Shown here piece after piece: positions 22,701 through 33,900 of a stretch of DNA of 64,000 nt (position 1 is its first letter; each line of letters begins with the position of its first letter). This stretch comes from Leucoraja erinacea (Eukaryota). The notes below the pieces were generated by a model. The model worked only from the letters and a program-made list of their open reading frames with translations, was not told the origin of the DNA and did not search any database. The translations under genes and the position numbers were made by a program. The stretch spans positions 29,512,001 to 29,576,000 of the forward strand of contig NC_073393.1 of NCBI RefSeq assembly GCF_028641065.1, read 5' to 3'.

Positions 22701-24667
22701 GGAGCATCAGATAATATTGGTATGGACCAAACACTACTCAAATTGAAGGCTGTATTTTTTAATCGACTTGGAATTGAATTTGTAAGAAGCTTACACACAC
22801 TTAACAATTTCCTTGAGATGTTCCAAAGCACTTTACAATCAAGGAATTACTATTTGGAGTTTAATCACTGATGTAATACGAAATGTGCTTTAACTTAATG
22901 CCTCAGTGAATATTCCTCCTTATAGGAAAATGTTTTATGAGAAACAAAGGTGACATTGTTAACTTGTCTTGAATACAAACTGACAGGGAAAAAATCCAGT
23001 CAAAAACGTTTGCAGAAAGTGGCATGTCATTATTGAACATCATGCATATCTTTCCTAGAACCCCTTAAATTACTGACTGGTCTGTTGATTGTAAAATAGG
23101 TTTTGACGGTGTGTTCGAAAAACAATGTAGTTTCCCAGTCAAATTTCAAGCTATATGCATCAACACCCCGCCCCCATTCGTAGCCTCCCCTCCAAGTCAG
23201 TGGAAAGGAAAATATATAAAGTTTGGACTGCAGGACTGGAGGCACGGGGATACTGAGCAAGTGGGTAGTTTCCTGCCGAGCTATTCTTGCTCTCCGTGTA
23301 CTTGAAAATCGCTATCTTCTAATCAGTGGCTCCATCCTCTTGTTTTTAACGATTTAGGCTCTTTCAAAAAATCCTTTTCACCTTCACGCAGTAAATCTTC
23401 TCTCTCCTTCCTGCTGTGCAGTCATAAATTGTCTTTACAATGGAATCTGCAATTAGAGATTATTATTCTGCAATCTAAAGATTAATGTTCCCATTTCCTT
23501 TTGAGGAATAATGTGGGGGTCTCTCTTCAAATAAAAAGGCTGTGGTCGAGTCTATTCGAAAATATGAAAAAGCTTACAAATCCCATGAAAGAAGCTCTTC
23601 ATAATAAACACGAGGGTGCGATGGACACATATTCATCTCTGATAATTAAACAAAGTTACGCAGTTTACACGATAATAACATGTTTAAAATTAAACCTTAT
23701 TTGAGAAAGAACACATACACACTCACGGTGAATGCAGATTTGTATTTATTTTGCGTGCCAAATCTCTCATGCAACAATGCAATAGGGGTTCAAATCGATG
23801 GTTTGCCAAACTGCTCCATTGTTGCAATGATGTTTCAATATCCCCTCGCCCCATTATCGTTGATGCATCTTTTGATCTGAAGAGCCGTCCGGCGCCCAAC
23901 GCTGTGTATCACGCTAATCCATTCGATATGAAGCGATGTAAGATTAGACGGGGAGTTTGCGATCGCTGTGTTATACATCCCACCTCTCGCTCCCACACTC
24001 ACCTGATTGAATGAGGACTGCATCTGGGTTCTAAAGTGCAAAAGCTGATACTTACAAAAGGACTTGCACACAATAGTTTGTTCAATTTTCATTAGGAACC
24101 GTTTGCTTAAAAATGAATGATGTTCCAAGTGGCACTTCGCCACTCACAGTGTACACACCGTTCCCCAGCACGTTACTCTCACTGTACTGCACACGCATTT
24201 ATGCACCCATTACGGGACCTCAGAAGAAGACTGCTGGGTTCTGCTAGTTATTTGCGTCCACGTTTTCGGGGCACGTATTATTTCAAAACAAACAAACATT
24301 TAAATCAAAAAGTCGCACTTCAGCGCTCAAACAATTGAACAGACGAATGCGTGAAGAAATCCAACAGCGGGGCCATTGAACACACACCCTTCTTGCCTTC
24401 TCTCTACCTTAGCGTTTTCTCGCATTTGACTGTAGAGTAGCGCTCATTTCATTTGCTCATCGTCTCAATTATCAGACAAGTTCGCGTTACGAAATAACTA
24501 AAAAGAAAAAGAGTGGACCAGCTTTTGTTAAAACGCATAGACAATTCGAAGGACAATGCAATTAAAAATACTTTCTGTGAGTTTGGGAATAATAAATCAG
24601 GCAGCGAACCGCGTTTGTATATTTTCGGGTCATTTTTAATAAATCGGTTAATATTATTACTGAGCGT

Positions 24668-24797
24668 TCAAGAAAGAACTGCAGATGCTGGAAGATCGAA
24701 GGTACACAAAATTACTGGAGAAATTCAACGGGTGCAGCAGCATCTATGGAGCGAAGGAAAAAGACGACGTTTCGGGCCGAAACCCTACTTCAGACTC
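24668..24797 (-). mobile_element. Penelope terminal-repeat fragment with hammerhead-like motif
   Basis: Minus strand gtctgaagtagggtttcggcccgaaacgtcg...; same subfamily as 61281-61441. Confidence 0.7.
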
Positions 24798-25461
24798 AGA
24801 TTATTACTGGGCATTGCTCTTGCTTTGAGACTCGGTTTATACGATATAATGTTACCCCTTCAACAAGTACGATTGAAGCTAAATCCCAGGCGAAACCAAT
24901 GTGTCATTGTTCTTTTCGACTTATCGATTGATACAATTTTGTATAAAAATCAGAACTCTCAGTACCGTCCGGACAACACCGGTCCGTCGCCTCCGCCGCC
25001 TTTTCAATATAACTTCTCAATAAGTAAATCCCAATTCCTTTTCAATTTATGGACCAATACGGACGACTTAATACCGATTATTATATGACCACTATCCATG
25101 TATTTTCCCCCCAAACTATATACCTTTCAAGCTGACAGAATCACCAGATGGATATTTTGTTGTGTATGGGTAATATGTAAAACAACATTTTGCTAGGATA
25201 ATATTTTTTCCGATCAATTTCAGATTTAAAAGTGTGTGTGTGCAGGCAACGTTTCATGGCCAATCGATTATGGGTTAATTCTAGACGCCTGGATTAAATG
25301 AATCGGATTAACCTCGTGGTTAAGTATAACTATAATCAACGAAAACTAATTAAGAAGTAGGAAACTAATAATTGTGTTTGTGCTGTTCAATACAGGTGAA
25401 GGTAGAAATTAAGGAAGGTTTGCTTGAAATATGAAAATCTCAAACTTGCATTAACAAATAT

Positions 25462-25479
25462 TGTCACTAGAGGGCAGCA
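25462..25479 (+). promoter_or_regulatory. CTCF-like binding motif
   Basis: TGTCACTAGAGGGCAGCA closely matches the CTCF core consensus CCACYAGRKGGCRS. Confidence 0.6.
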
Positions 25480-26462
25480 ATAAATAGAGAATGAAAGACA
25501 AGTAAAAACAAGCGGTCAGAACCAGTCGGTGTTCTCGTTAAAACTTCCTTGCTATTTGCACTGGCGGTGGATAAAGCACTAACTTGCACGTTAGACTGTC
25601 GATTTAGTGCAGTGCCAAACTCGGGAGATAACGCCTTAGTGGGAATTAATTTAATCGCCCTAATACAACTCCAGTGATTCTCGCCGTCTTTGGTAATGAT
25701 TTGAAGTTTTAGTTATTAATATTATTTCACAAAATAGGCTTATTTTTTAAAGAAAGTCTATCTTTTGAAAATACGGAATCCTTGAGCAGAACACTGAATT
25801 CTGCCAATGGAGCCTTCACTTGTATAGGTACGTGTGAAAAATCGATTTCTAACCTACATCCTCAATGGGAAAATAATTGCCTCGGTAAATTTTCAGTTCA
25901 ATCATTTATTAAGAGGAAAAGGGCGATGTGAGGGGGGAATTTTCAATTTCTGCTATTATTGGCTTGGCAAAGAGTCTAGGCACAATAGCAACAGTCAGGG
26001 TCCAAGTCAAGGGAAAATCTGACCTTATCTACACGTAGCTCCCTGCTACTGAAGACTTTAGCAACAAGTTGCTGTTTACTGCTACCGACTCTACATCTTT
26101 CAATTGGTATAGACATTAGGATCAGCATAGACATAATAAAACGCGGAGGCATAATACTTGTTGATGGATTTAAAGGTGTCAGTTTTACTCAGACTGCAAT
26201 GACAGTTTAACACAAAAAAATAGTGAGCCCCGTCTAGGATTGTGGAGTGAGGTAAGCGATTCACCATCGAAACCTTATTCAGATAAGCATTTCGGTCTAT
26301 CCCATGTAGTCGATCATCGGAATAAAATCTGTGCACCAAGGCAGAAATGTATCCATTTGCATCCTGCATCGCCCCGGGTCGATGTTGATGATCTCTTTGG
26401 AGAATGATTCCCGATATTTCATATAAATGTCCAAACTGTAAATGTTTACTGCAACCCTTCGC

Positions 26463-26524
26463 AATAATTTACTTATCTAAATATATATATATATATATAT
26501 ATATATTTAGATAAGTAAATTATT
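26463..26524. repeat. Perfect 62-bp AT-rich palindrome
   Basis: aataatttacttatctaaa-(ta)12-tttagataagtaaattatt. Confidence 0.95.
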
Positions 26525-28179
26525 ATATATATATATATTCCTCCTCCATAAAGGTAAATGCATTGCATTTTCATCTTCTCAATGTTCCTATCATTCATCG
26601 TTCAATTCATTTTAGGTCATCATTTGTTTTCACTTGATCAGTCATTCTTCATAATTCCAGAGACTTTATCGTCGACAGTTTTAATACAAGCTGTGAACCA
26701 TGCAACTGAAAAACAATAGCACACTTTTTTGGCAAATGAAGTAGTAAGATTTTTTTCCGTATAAATTAGTATCATTGAACCAATTTCGGATTTTTTCAGC
26801 AACCATTCGAACAATATTATAACAACTTGTTCGCGGCACTGATTGCCCAGGGTCAGTCAGGAAACATGGGGTCTTATTTTCAGCGGCAAAGCAAATACAA
26901 AAACTACAATTGAAAAAATCAATCATTAATATATATAAATATTTATTCTGGTTGTTAATTAATTATTAATTGTCACAATTGTGTTTTTTTTCCTTTGCTT
27001 TGCAGCTAAACATAAGACCGTATGTTTCCGGACTGACCTACTAATGCGACACTCAATTGTCTTGGTTTTAGTTGTTTAAGTGTGAAACATTATTTTTTTA
27101 TAACCTTACAAGGCAAATAATTCTGAAAGTTGGTACGTGTTTGGGGGAAGCTGTCTGTAGATAAAAAGCAATTAAAAAAAAAATAACCGGACAGTATATA
27201 AAAGAATGTGTTATCAGACTCCGCCAGACTTCACGGGGACCACAGCACGTTTGGCAATTATTGGCGTGATTACTACTCAGCTGGACACGTTGTTTTGTGC
27301 AAACGCAATCTGTAAGATAAAGAGGTCAGATGGTAAAATAAAACGTTAGCGTTGGGCACTTGAAGGTAAATCAGTTCACGCACAGCGGTATTAAAGAGCC
27401 CGCGTGTTTATCATTATACTATATGATTTGATTTTGAATTAATCAAGTAGCATTGCTTAATATTTAATAGAAAACACATGCAATGCTTATGGACCAGAGG
27501 CATATTCTGTATTTTATATCAGTTTGGAGATTCCAATACAATAAAGATGTTAGACATACAACAATAATAAGTTTAGACAAGAGTTCTAATTTATCTGATC
27601 CTCTTGCTGTGATTATGTTGGAATTGACAGTTGCAATTACAATGTATCTTTCTATTTTACAATGCAATATACTGCCTGAGCAAGTATTTGTTTGTGTTCT
27701 TGATTTAATTTTTAAAATGATCAAAATACGGTTGTCGTGCCTTTGCAATCAGATCATTCCTTTGTTTATCCTTTTGGTGGCAAAATGACCAGTCACACCA
27801 TGCGCTTCTATCGGCACCGCTGCGAATTATTTGTTGACACATTTAATGCATCGCCAGGTCCCCTGATTTTTCCCCTGTAATCATTTTATACACTGTCCTT
27901 GTATATTTGATTTGTGTCCTCACAATAAATTAAACAACCATTACTTTTTTCAAAAACACGAACATGTCAAACCTTGACCTAGCTGCTTGAGGGGGGATGT
28001 CAGAGCCAGCACCTTCTCAGATCACGTACTTTATTAATTAGCTAACTTGAATTGATTTCTAATGAAAATAGTTAAAACGGCGTGAACTATTTGTGCCGAA
28101 TCCACTTGCCCGAGCAAGACCGCGCCAGTAATCGGCTTTTAGAGTTCGGTAAAGATACAATGTTATGTATTTTTTAAAT

Positions 28180-28712
28180 AAAATAGCAGGTAGTTTTGTC
28201 CTTGCGGAGGGAACGTGTGGAATTTCGTTGGAAATAGTCAATTTCATGTGCCAGGTGAGTATGGGAAGACAATGCAATAAATTACATTTAATCAAAAATC
28301 TTTGTGACTTATTACATTCCGATTAAGATTCAAATGCATGTGCGAAAAATTCTATTCTCGCCTAATACATAAACTATTTACAATGCTTAACTTTGTTTTT
28401 TTTTTATTTTTAGTGAAACCTGTTTCAATTTAAATTACGCCACCTACGTGCGCGGATATGTAGTAACACTCCCCGGCTCCTGCGTTGATTGGTTTAAAGT
28501 TTGCAGAAGGGGTGGAGCATGCCTGCCGTAAAAACCTCGTTCGCCTGAAAGTTTTTGAAACTTCCCAAAACCTTTAGGACTATCTACGGGCGCGCTCTTA
28601 ATCAAGGACTAAAATTGGATCCACGCCTTCAATCAATAAAGATTATAACTAAAATCTAGTTGCAAGCAGAGATTTGTGTCGAATTCAAAGCACACCCGTG
28701 TTAACATCGACG
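28180..28712 (+). promoter_or_regulatory. foxc2 proximal promoter and 5' UTR
   Basis: CpG-containing region directly upstream of the ATG, with an inverted CCAAT box (GATTGG ~28487), a GGGGTGG GC/GT box (~28509) and TACGTG (28445). The TSS cannot be determined from sequence. Confidence 0.6.
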
Positions 28713-30131
28713 ATGCAGGCGCGTTACCCGGTGTCAGACCCCAATGCTCTCGGAGTCGTGCCTTATCTCAACGACCAAAATTATTACCGAGCCGCTGGCA
28801 GCTATGGCAACATGCCTACCCCGATGAGCGTGTATTCGGGACACGATCAATATACTTCAGGTATGGCGAGAACTTACGGACCTTACCATCACCACCAACA
28901 GCCGGCTCCCAAAGACCTGGTGAAGCCTCCTTACAGCTACATCGCCCTTATAACCATGGCAATCCAGAATGCGCCTGATAAGAAAATTACTCTCAATGGG
29001 ATATATCAGTTTATCATGGATCGCTTTCCATTTTACCGTGAAAATAAACAGGGTTGGCAGAACAGCATCCGCCACAACTTATCTCTGAACGAGTGTTTTG
29101 TTAAAGTGCCGCGGGATGATAAAAAGCCAGGTAAAGGGAGCTACTGGTCGCTAGATCCCGATTCGTACAACATGTTTGAGAACGGCAGCTTTTTGCGGAG
29201 AAGGAGGAGATTTAAGAAAAAGGACGCGATGAGGGACAAGGAAGAGCGAGACCGTCAGCAGAAAGATCATAAAGGCGTCCAGAACTCGGTTTCGCAGAGC
29301 GACACCGCCAAGGACAATATGGGTAAAAAGGTGGTGGTCAAAAAAGAAGCCGTGTCCCCCGGAATGCCTGTCATCACCAAAGTCGAGAGCTTAGAGAGCC
29401 CGGACAACAACAGTATGATGCAAGACAGCCCGAGAAGTGTTGCTTCCACACCGTCTGTTTCAACAGAAAGTTCCATCCCTGACCACAATCCTTCAAACAA
29501 CAGCCTGTCCGGCTTCAGCGTGGAAAATATTATGACATTAAGGACATCTCCTCACGGAGATCTGAATCCGGTGGCTGTGCCCGCGAGTAGGACTGGTATG
29601 GTTTCCTCTTTGCCGGTGAATTATCCTCAAACGCCACAATCCATCTACAGCCCGGCGTGCAGTCAAAATCTCGACTCGAGTGGAAGTTACCATTGTAGTA
29701 TGAGAACCATGAGTCTGTACGCAGGGGACAGGAACAGCCACATGTTGGTGCCTACCACCTTAGAGGATGCTATCTCAGATCATTCTGTCAGTACCAGCTC
29801 CTCGCTCAACGCCATGAACCTTAGCACGGCGCAGGAAGGAGTCCTAACCTCTGGTCACCATCAGCAGTCCGGGAGCGCAGGACAAGCGGCTTCCTGGTAC
29901 ATGAACCACGGGGCAGATCTCAATCACCTCCCGGGCCACACATTCGGAGGGCAGCACCAGACTTTCCCCAATGTTCGGGAGATGTTCAACTCCCACCGGC
30001 TCGGCATTGAGAGCTCAGCCCTCAGTGACCATCAGGTGAGCGGGAACACAAGCTGTCAAATTCCTTATCGATCAACACCGTCAGTATACCGTCATTCAGG
30101 CCCATACGCCTACGACTGCAATAAGTATTGA
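28713..30131 (+). CDS. foxc2: Forkhead box protein C2, single coding exon, 472 aa
   Basis: The ATG at 28713 gives [19 protein letters not shown]...YYRAAGSYG, a FoxC2-type N-terminus. Forkhead domain [75 protein letters not shown], eh1 motif FSVENIM and C-terminal YAYDCNKY. Adjacent to FoxL1 as in the known cluster. Confidence 0.97.
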   Translation: MQARYPVSDPNALGVVPYLNDQNYYRAAGSYGNMPTPMSVYSGHDQYTSGMARTYGPYHHHQQPAPKDLVKPPYSYIALITMAIQNAPDKKITLNGIYQFIMDRFPFYRENKQGWQNSIRHNLSLNECFVKVPRDDKKPGKGSYWSLDPDSYNMFENGSFLRRRRRFKKKDAMRDKEERDRQQKDHKGVQNSVSQSDTAKDNMGKKVVVKKEAVSPGMPVITKVESLESPDNNSMMQDSPRSVASTPSVSTESSIPDHNPSNNSLSGFSVENIMTLRTSPHGDLNPVAVPASRTGMVSSLPVNYPQTPQSIYSPACSQNLDSSGSYHCSMRTMSLYAGDRNSHMLVPTTLEDAISDHSVSTSSSLNAMNLSTAQEGVLTSGHHQQSGSAGQAASWYMNHGADLNHLPGHTFGGQHQTFPNVREMFNSHRLGIESSALSDHQVSGNTSCQIPYRSTPSVYRHSGPYAYDCNKY

Positions 30132-30970
30132 TTTAGAAACCGACCTATCTATCTTTAACACAAAAAAAAGTCTATATTTGGGAATGAAAACAAAGCAGCA
30201 TTCGCATCTTAAGGCTGCATATAAAATATTGACTGTGACTTTCCAAACTGCGGTGCGAGTGGCCAAACGAGTTGTCGATTTGTAGTTAGTGTGTTTGAGG
30301 ATTTTGAGACCTCAAAAGACAGTCTTTGCTTAAAATTCTTAAAAACAAGGGAAGCCTACTTGAATAATTAAAAGTTAGCAAAACGGCAAGTGCCAAGTGT
30401 AGGGTTTAAAACTGTTTAATGGACCAATATTCTAGTGATACGTGTTCTGTTCTGTCTGTGCAGTATTTGTTTAACAACATCAAGTTCCATTTTAAAATGC
30501 TTTCTCTTTTCTCTCCTAACGTTTTGTCTGGTGTTGATGCAACGTTATATTTGATGTAAATTGTACGATTTTCTATGGAGGCTACGTTACAGAGCCATTT
30601 AATATATTTTAGTTCCGTTCACTGGATGTCGATTTTATTGTTCCCAGCCTTTGTAAAGTGCCAAAGCGTAATTGTTACTCAACCTCAGTTTTATAGCCGT
30701 GTGCTTTGTACAGTGTAATTCTTATTACGTTATTATCAACGATATATTTGCTCCGTTTAGAACCAAAGAACTAATTTATTGGATGCATAGTATTTTTCTA
30801 AACCTCGAGATCTCTTTTTTTTAAAGAAGTGACGGTGTATATTGGTGACCCAGGCCCCGATGCCGTGAGCGCTCCTTCAGAGGAGAGGATTGTAGTGGTT
30901 GTTTTAAGAACACTTACTTTTTCGAGTTCAGTTGATCTCAATTGCTGTATTTATCTGAAAAAAAACCCAC

Positions 30971-30976
30971 AATAAA
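30971..30976 (+). terminator. Candidate foxc2 polyadenylation signal
   Basis: AATAAA ~840 nt after the stop codon, followed by GT/T-rich sequence. Confidence 0.55.
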
Positions 30977-33900
30977 TCAGCGTTGTTTTTATTTGCCTTA
31001 TGTTAGAGTGGCGTTGTGGACCTTTTTTTTTGAGAAAAAAAATTACTGCATGCTGTTTTGTTATTGGTTAAAAACAAACAGTGTTCTCTGTTCTCTGCAA
31101 TTTTCTACTAACTCTAAGTACCGCAGAATTAAATAATGCGGGTTTAAGATAGAGTTTACTAAATACTGAAAGTCATCCCTTTTCTGAGAAACGTTAAGCT
31201 TTTAAAATGTCAAAAACGAAATGCGTTTTTCTAACAGGCCAACTAAGGATAAGCAATCTTGTCGCAAAACAATGATCTGAGGCGATTTGACACTCAGCTC
31301 CAAGTTTAAATGACAATTAATTACTCTCTTGACTGTGTTTTGAAATATGATTTCAAATTTTCAAAATATTGTCTGCTTTGATCAAATATGCCTTTTCAAC
31401 TATAGTTATGCTATTCTACTTGAGCATTACACAGTGTGCACATTTCACCAATTACAGATCATCTGATCGGCAAGTACTTTAAATTAACCGATACGTCCCT
31501 TAAAAGACTCTGAACAATTAAAAATAGGTACGTAAAATTATATCTAAAGGCAACCAAACTATTGCAATTTTCGAGTTCATTTCTATCCCGGAATTCGTGT
31601 ATATTTTACCACTTCGAACAGGCAGTGATGTTGATTAAAAAGAATGAGACTCCAAAAACAAGCAAACAGTTCAGTTAACATGATTTAAAAAATCGTATTA
31701 TGTTTGCCAGGAACTAACCAGAAAGTGGAAAGGTAGTCAGCGCATTTTATTTCATAAATCAGCGTAATCAATGGACCTCCAAAATTCTGGTCACCTTACC
31801 CAGGGTAAATTTGCAAGAGGGAAAATGCAATTATTGAGGTGAGATATCTCGCTTGTCACGTAGATTTAGTATTAATTCAACAAAAGGCATTTTGTGAATA
31901 TAGTCCCCGATTCCATAGGAAAGTGGTGCATTTAATCAAGAAAGCAACTGGTCTACAGCGCACTCAGTAGCTGTCAGACTAAAAACCTTAAGAAGGCCCG
32001 TGGCCAAATTTTAATTCGGCTGACTCTATTGTAAACTAACTTTGGCAGGTTTGGACCTGATGAAAGTTATTGGAAAGTGCATGAAGTAAGCCCGAGGTAT
32101 AATTGACCAAAAGACATGTATGAATGAGTGTATGAACGCTTGCTTCAGCAAACATGCGGGCGCTGCTTCAAATCGGACCGCTCTGTCTCCTTGTGCACAG
32201 AATCCAGGACCAACTGATGGCCCCGGTAGATAGTTGCACCTGTCATTAACAATATACTTGAAAGTCAGCTGCGAATAGTATGCGCAAACATCTGGGGTTG
32301 GGTAATCAAAACGGAAGTCTGTCTGGCGCTCTGGGATCCCAGTGATTTGCATGATTCAAATAAACTAAAATGTTCAGTTCAAATTTGGAATAAACGATTC
32401 CTCTGTTTCTGTGTTTAAAAAAATGGCCTTTTAACTACGCATGCAATTTTATGCCAAGAACCAGGCATGGAAATCGCGTGCATTCTTTTCGCCAATCTGA
32501 GATCAATTTTGTGTTGGCATTTCTTTTTTAAATATAAGTTTTCATTTTTCGCACGCTAGTACACTGAACACATCGTAATTAAGTCGAGCAGGCTAAGCAA
32601 TTTGACAACGTTTAAAATAAACTATTATTAACAAAAAGATCGACTTAAAATTGAACAGTATCTAACTTTGTATCAATACGATGTGAAATGGGGGCCCTTA
32701 TATAATGCAACACGCCTTGAAATGCCAAAGGCGTTTAGGTGATGTAACTTCAACCCCCACTAACAATAAGCATTGAACCCGGATTAGTAAACGATCTGTC
32801 TACAAATATCACCTAAAGTCAATCTCAAAGGTGGCCCACTCAGATAAACCCCACTCCCCGCTTTCCCATTGTGTTGCGTCTAATACCCTACAGAGTAACT
32901 TGTTAATACAGCATTTGGTTCAGATTCTACTCTCTTCTCCGGATTTAATTTCTGGGAATAAATAATTCATTTCAATTTCTGTTAAAAAAAATAAACGCCA
33001 CTCGACCTTGCACTGAGACTGATTAATGGTCAAATGTGATCTGAATACAGGAATGGGCTTTCTCCCAGTTTGATATATAAACCATTAGTAAAGGCCTATA
33101 ATAGCAGAATACTCGGGAGTGCCAACTGTACAATCATCTACTATCAATATATAGATGTTTGGCACTATTTTCTGTTTTGGTACAAATATCGCTGCCTCGT
33201 AACTGGTAGCTGCCCCGTCCGAAGTTAGAACGATAGCTATGCATCTTTGCAAAACAAAAGGATAACAATTGTACACGTTTGCAAACAAACGAGCGACAAA
33301 CACCCCCCTCGGCGCAGTGTGAGCGTGTGGATTAATGACATCAATAAGTTCAGCAGTAATAAGAGAGCCATTGATTGGGCTTTATTCCCCAGGCACAGTT
33401 TTAACACGGGGCAAACTGTCCTCATTCAAGCAGTGTAATCGCTTGCCTTTTCTGCAAGCTCACGAGTCTTGTTCTTCACGCAACGTTGAGTAGATGGCCA
33501 CCTGCCTTCAAGGGCCAGAATAGTTCATCACCCAGATAGCAGCCGAATGAGAGCGTCAATGTAATTTTATACATTGGATAGTGTACTTTTTTAACGAGAA
33601 GAAACAGATGGTAATGTAATTGACACTGTGTATTCTTTAGACTCGGACAAACCAAGTTTAGATTAGAAGGTACAAAAAACTAAGGTGTTTTTGATGTTAA
33701 GAAGGTTGAGGTATTGAAAGCCACGCCGTTTATTTAATTTCTTTGGAATCAAGGTGAATCATTTAAACCACACACCGACCTTCATATTATAATGTCGCTG
33801 TTTAGACGCTGATTGCAATAATATTATCCTGGACTATTAATGCTATCAAGGGAATTGAATAGCGGTTTGATGCTGGCGCTCAGATCTTCTTATTACTTAT

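Noticed and set aside
24513-25088. 191-aa ORF upstream of foxc2
   Set aside because: GTG start, runs through a Penelope fragment, and has no recognisable motif.
28674-28712. 13-codon N-terminal extension of FoxC2 in the ORF track
   Set aside because: It starts at TTG; the conserved MQARY start is the ATG at 28713.
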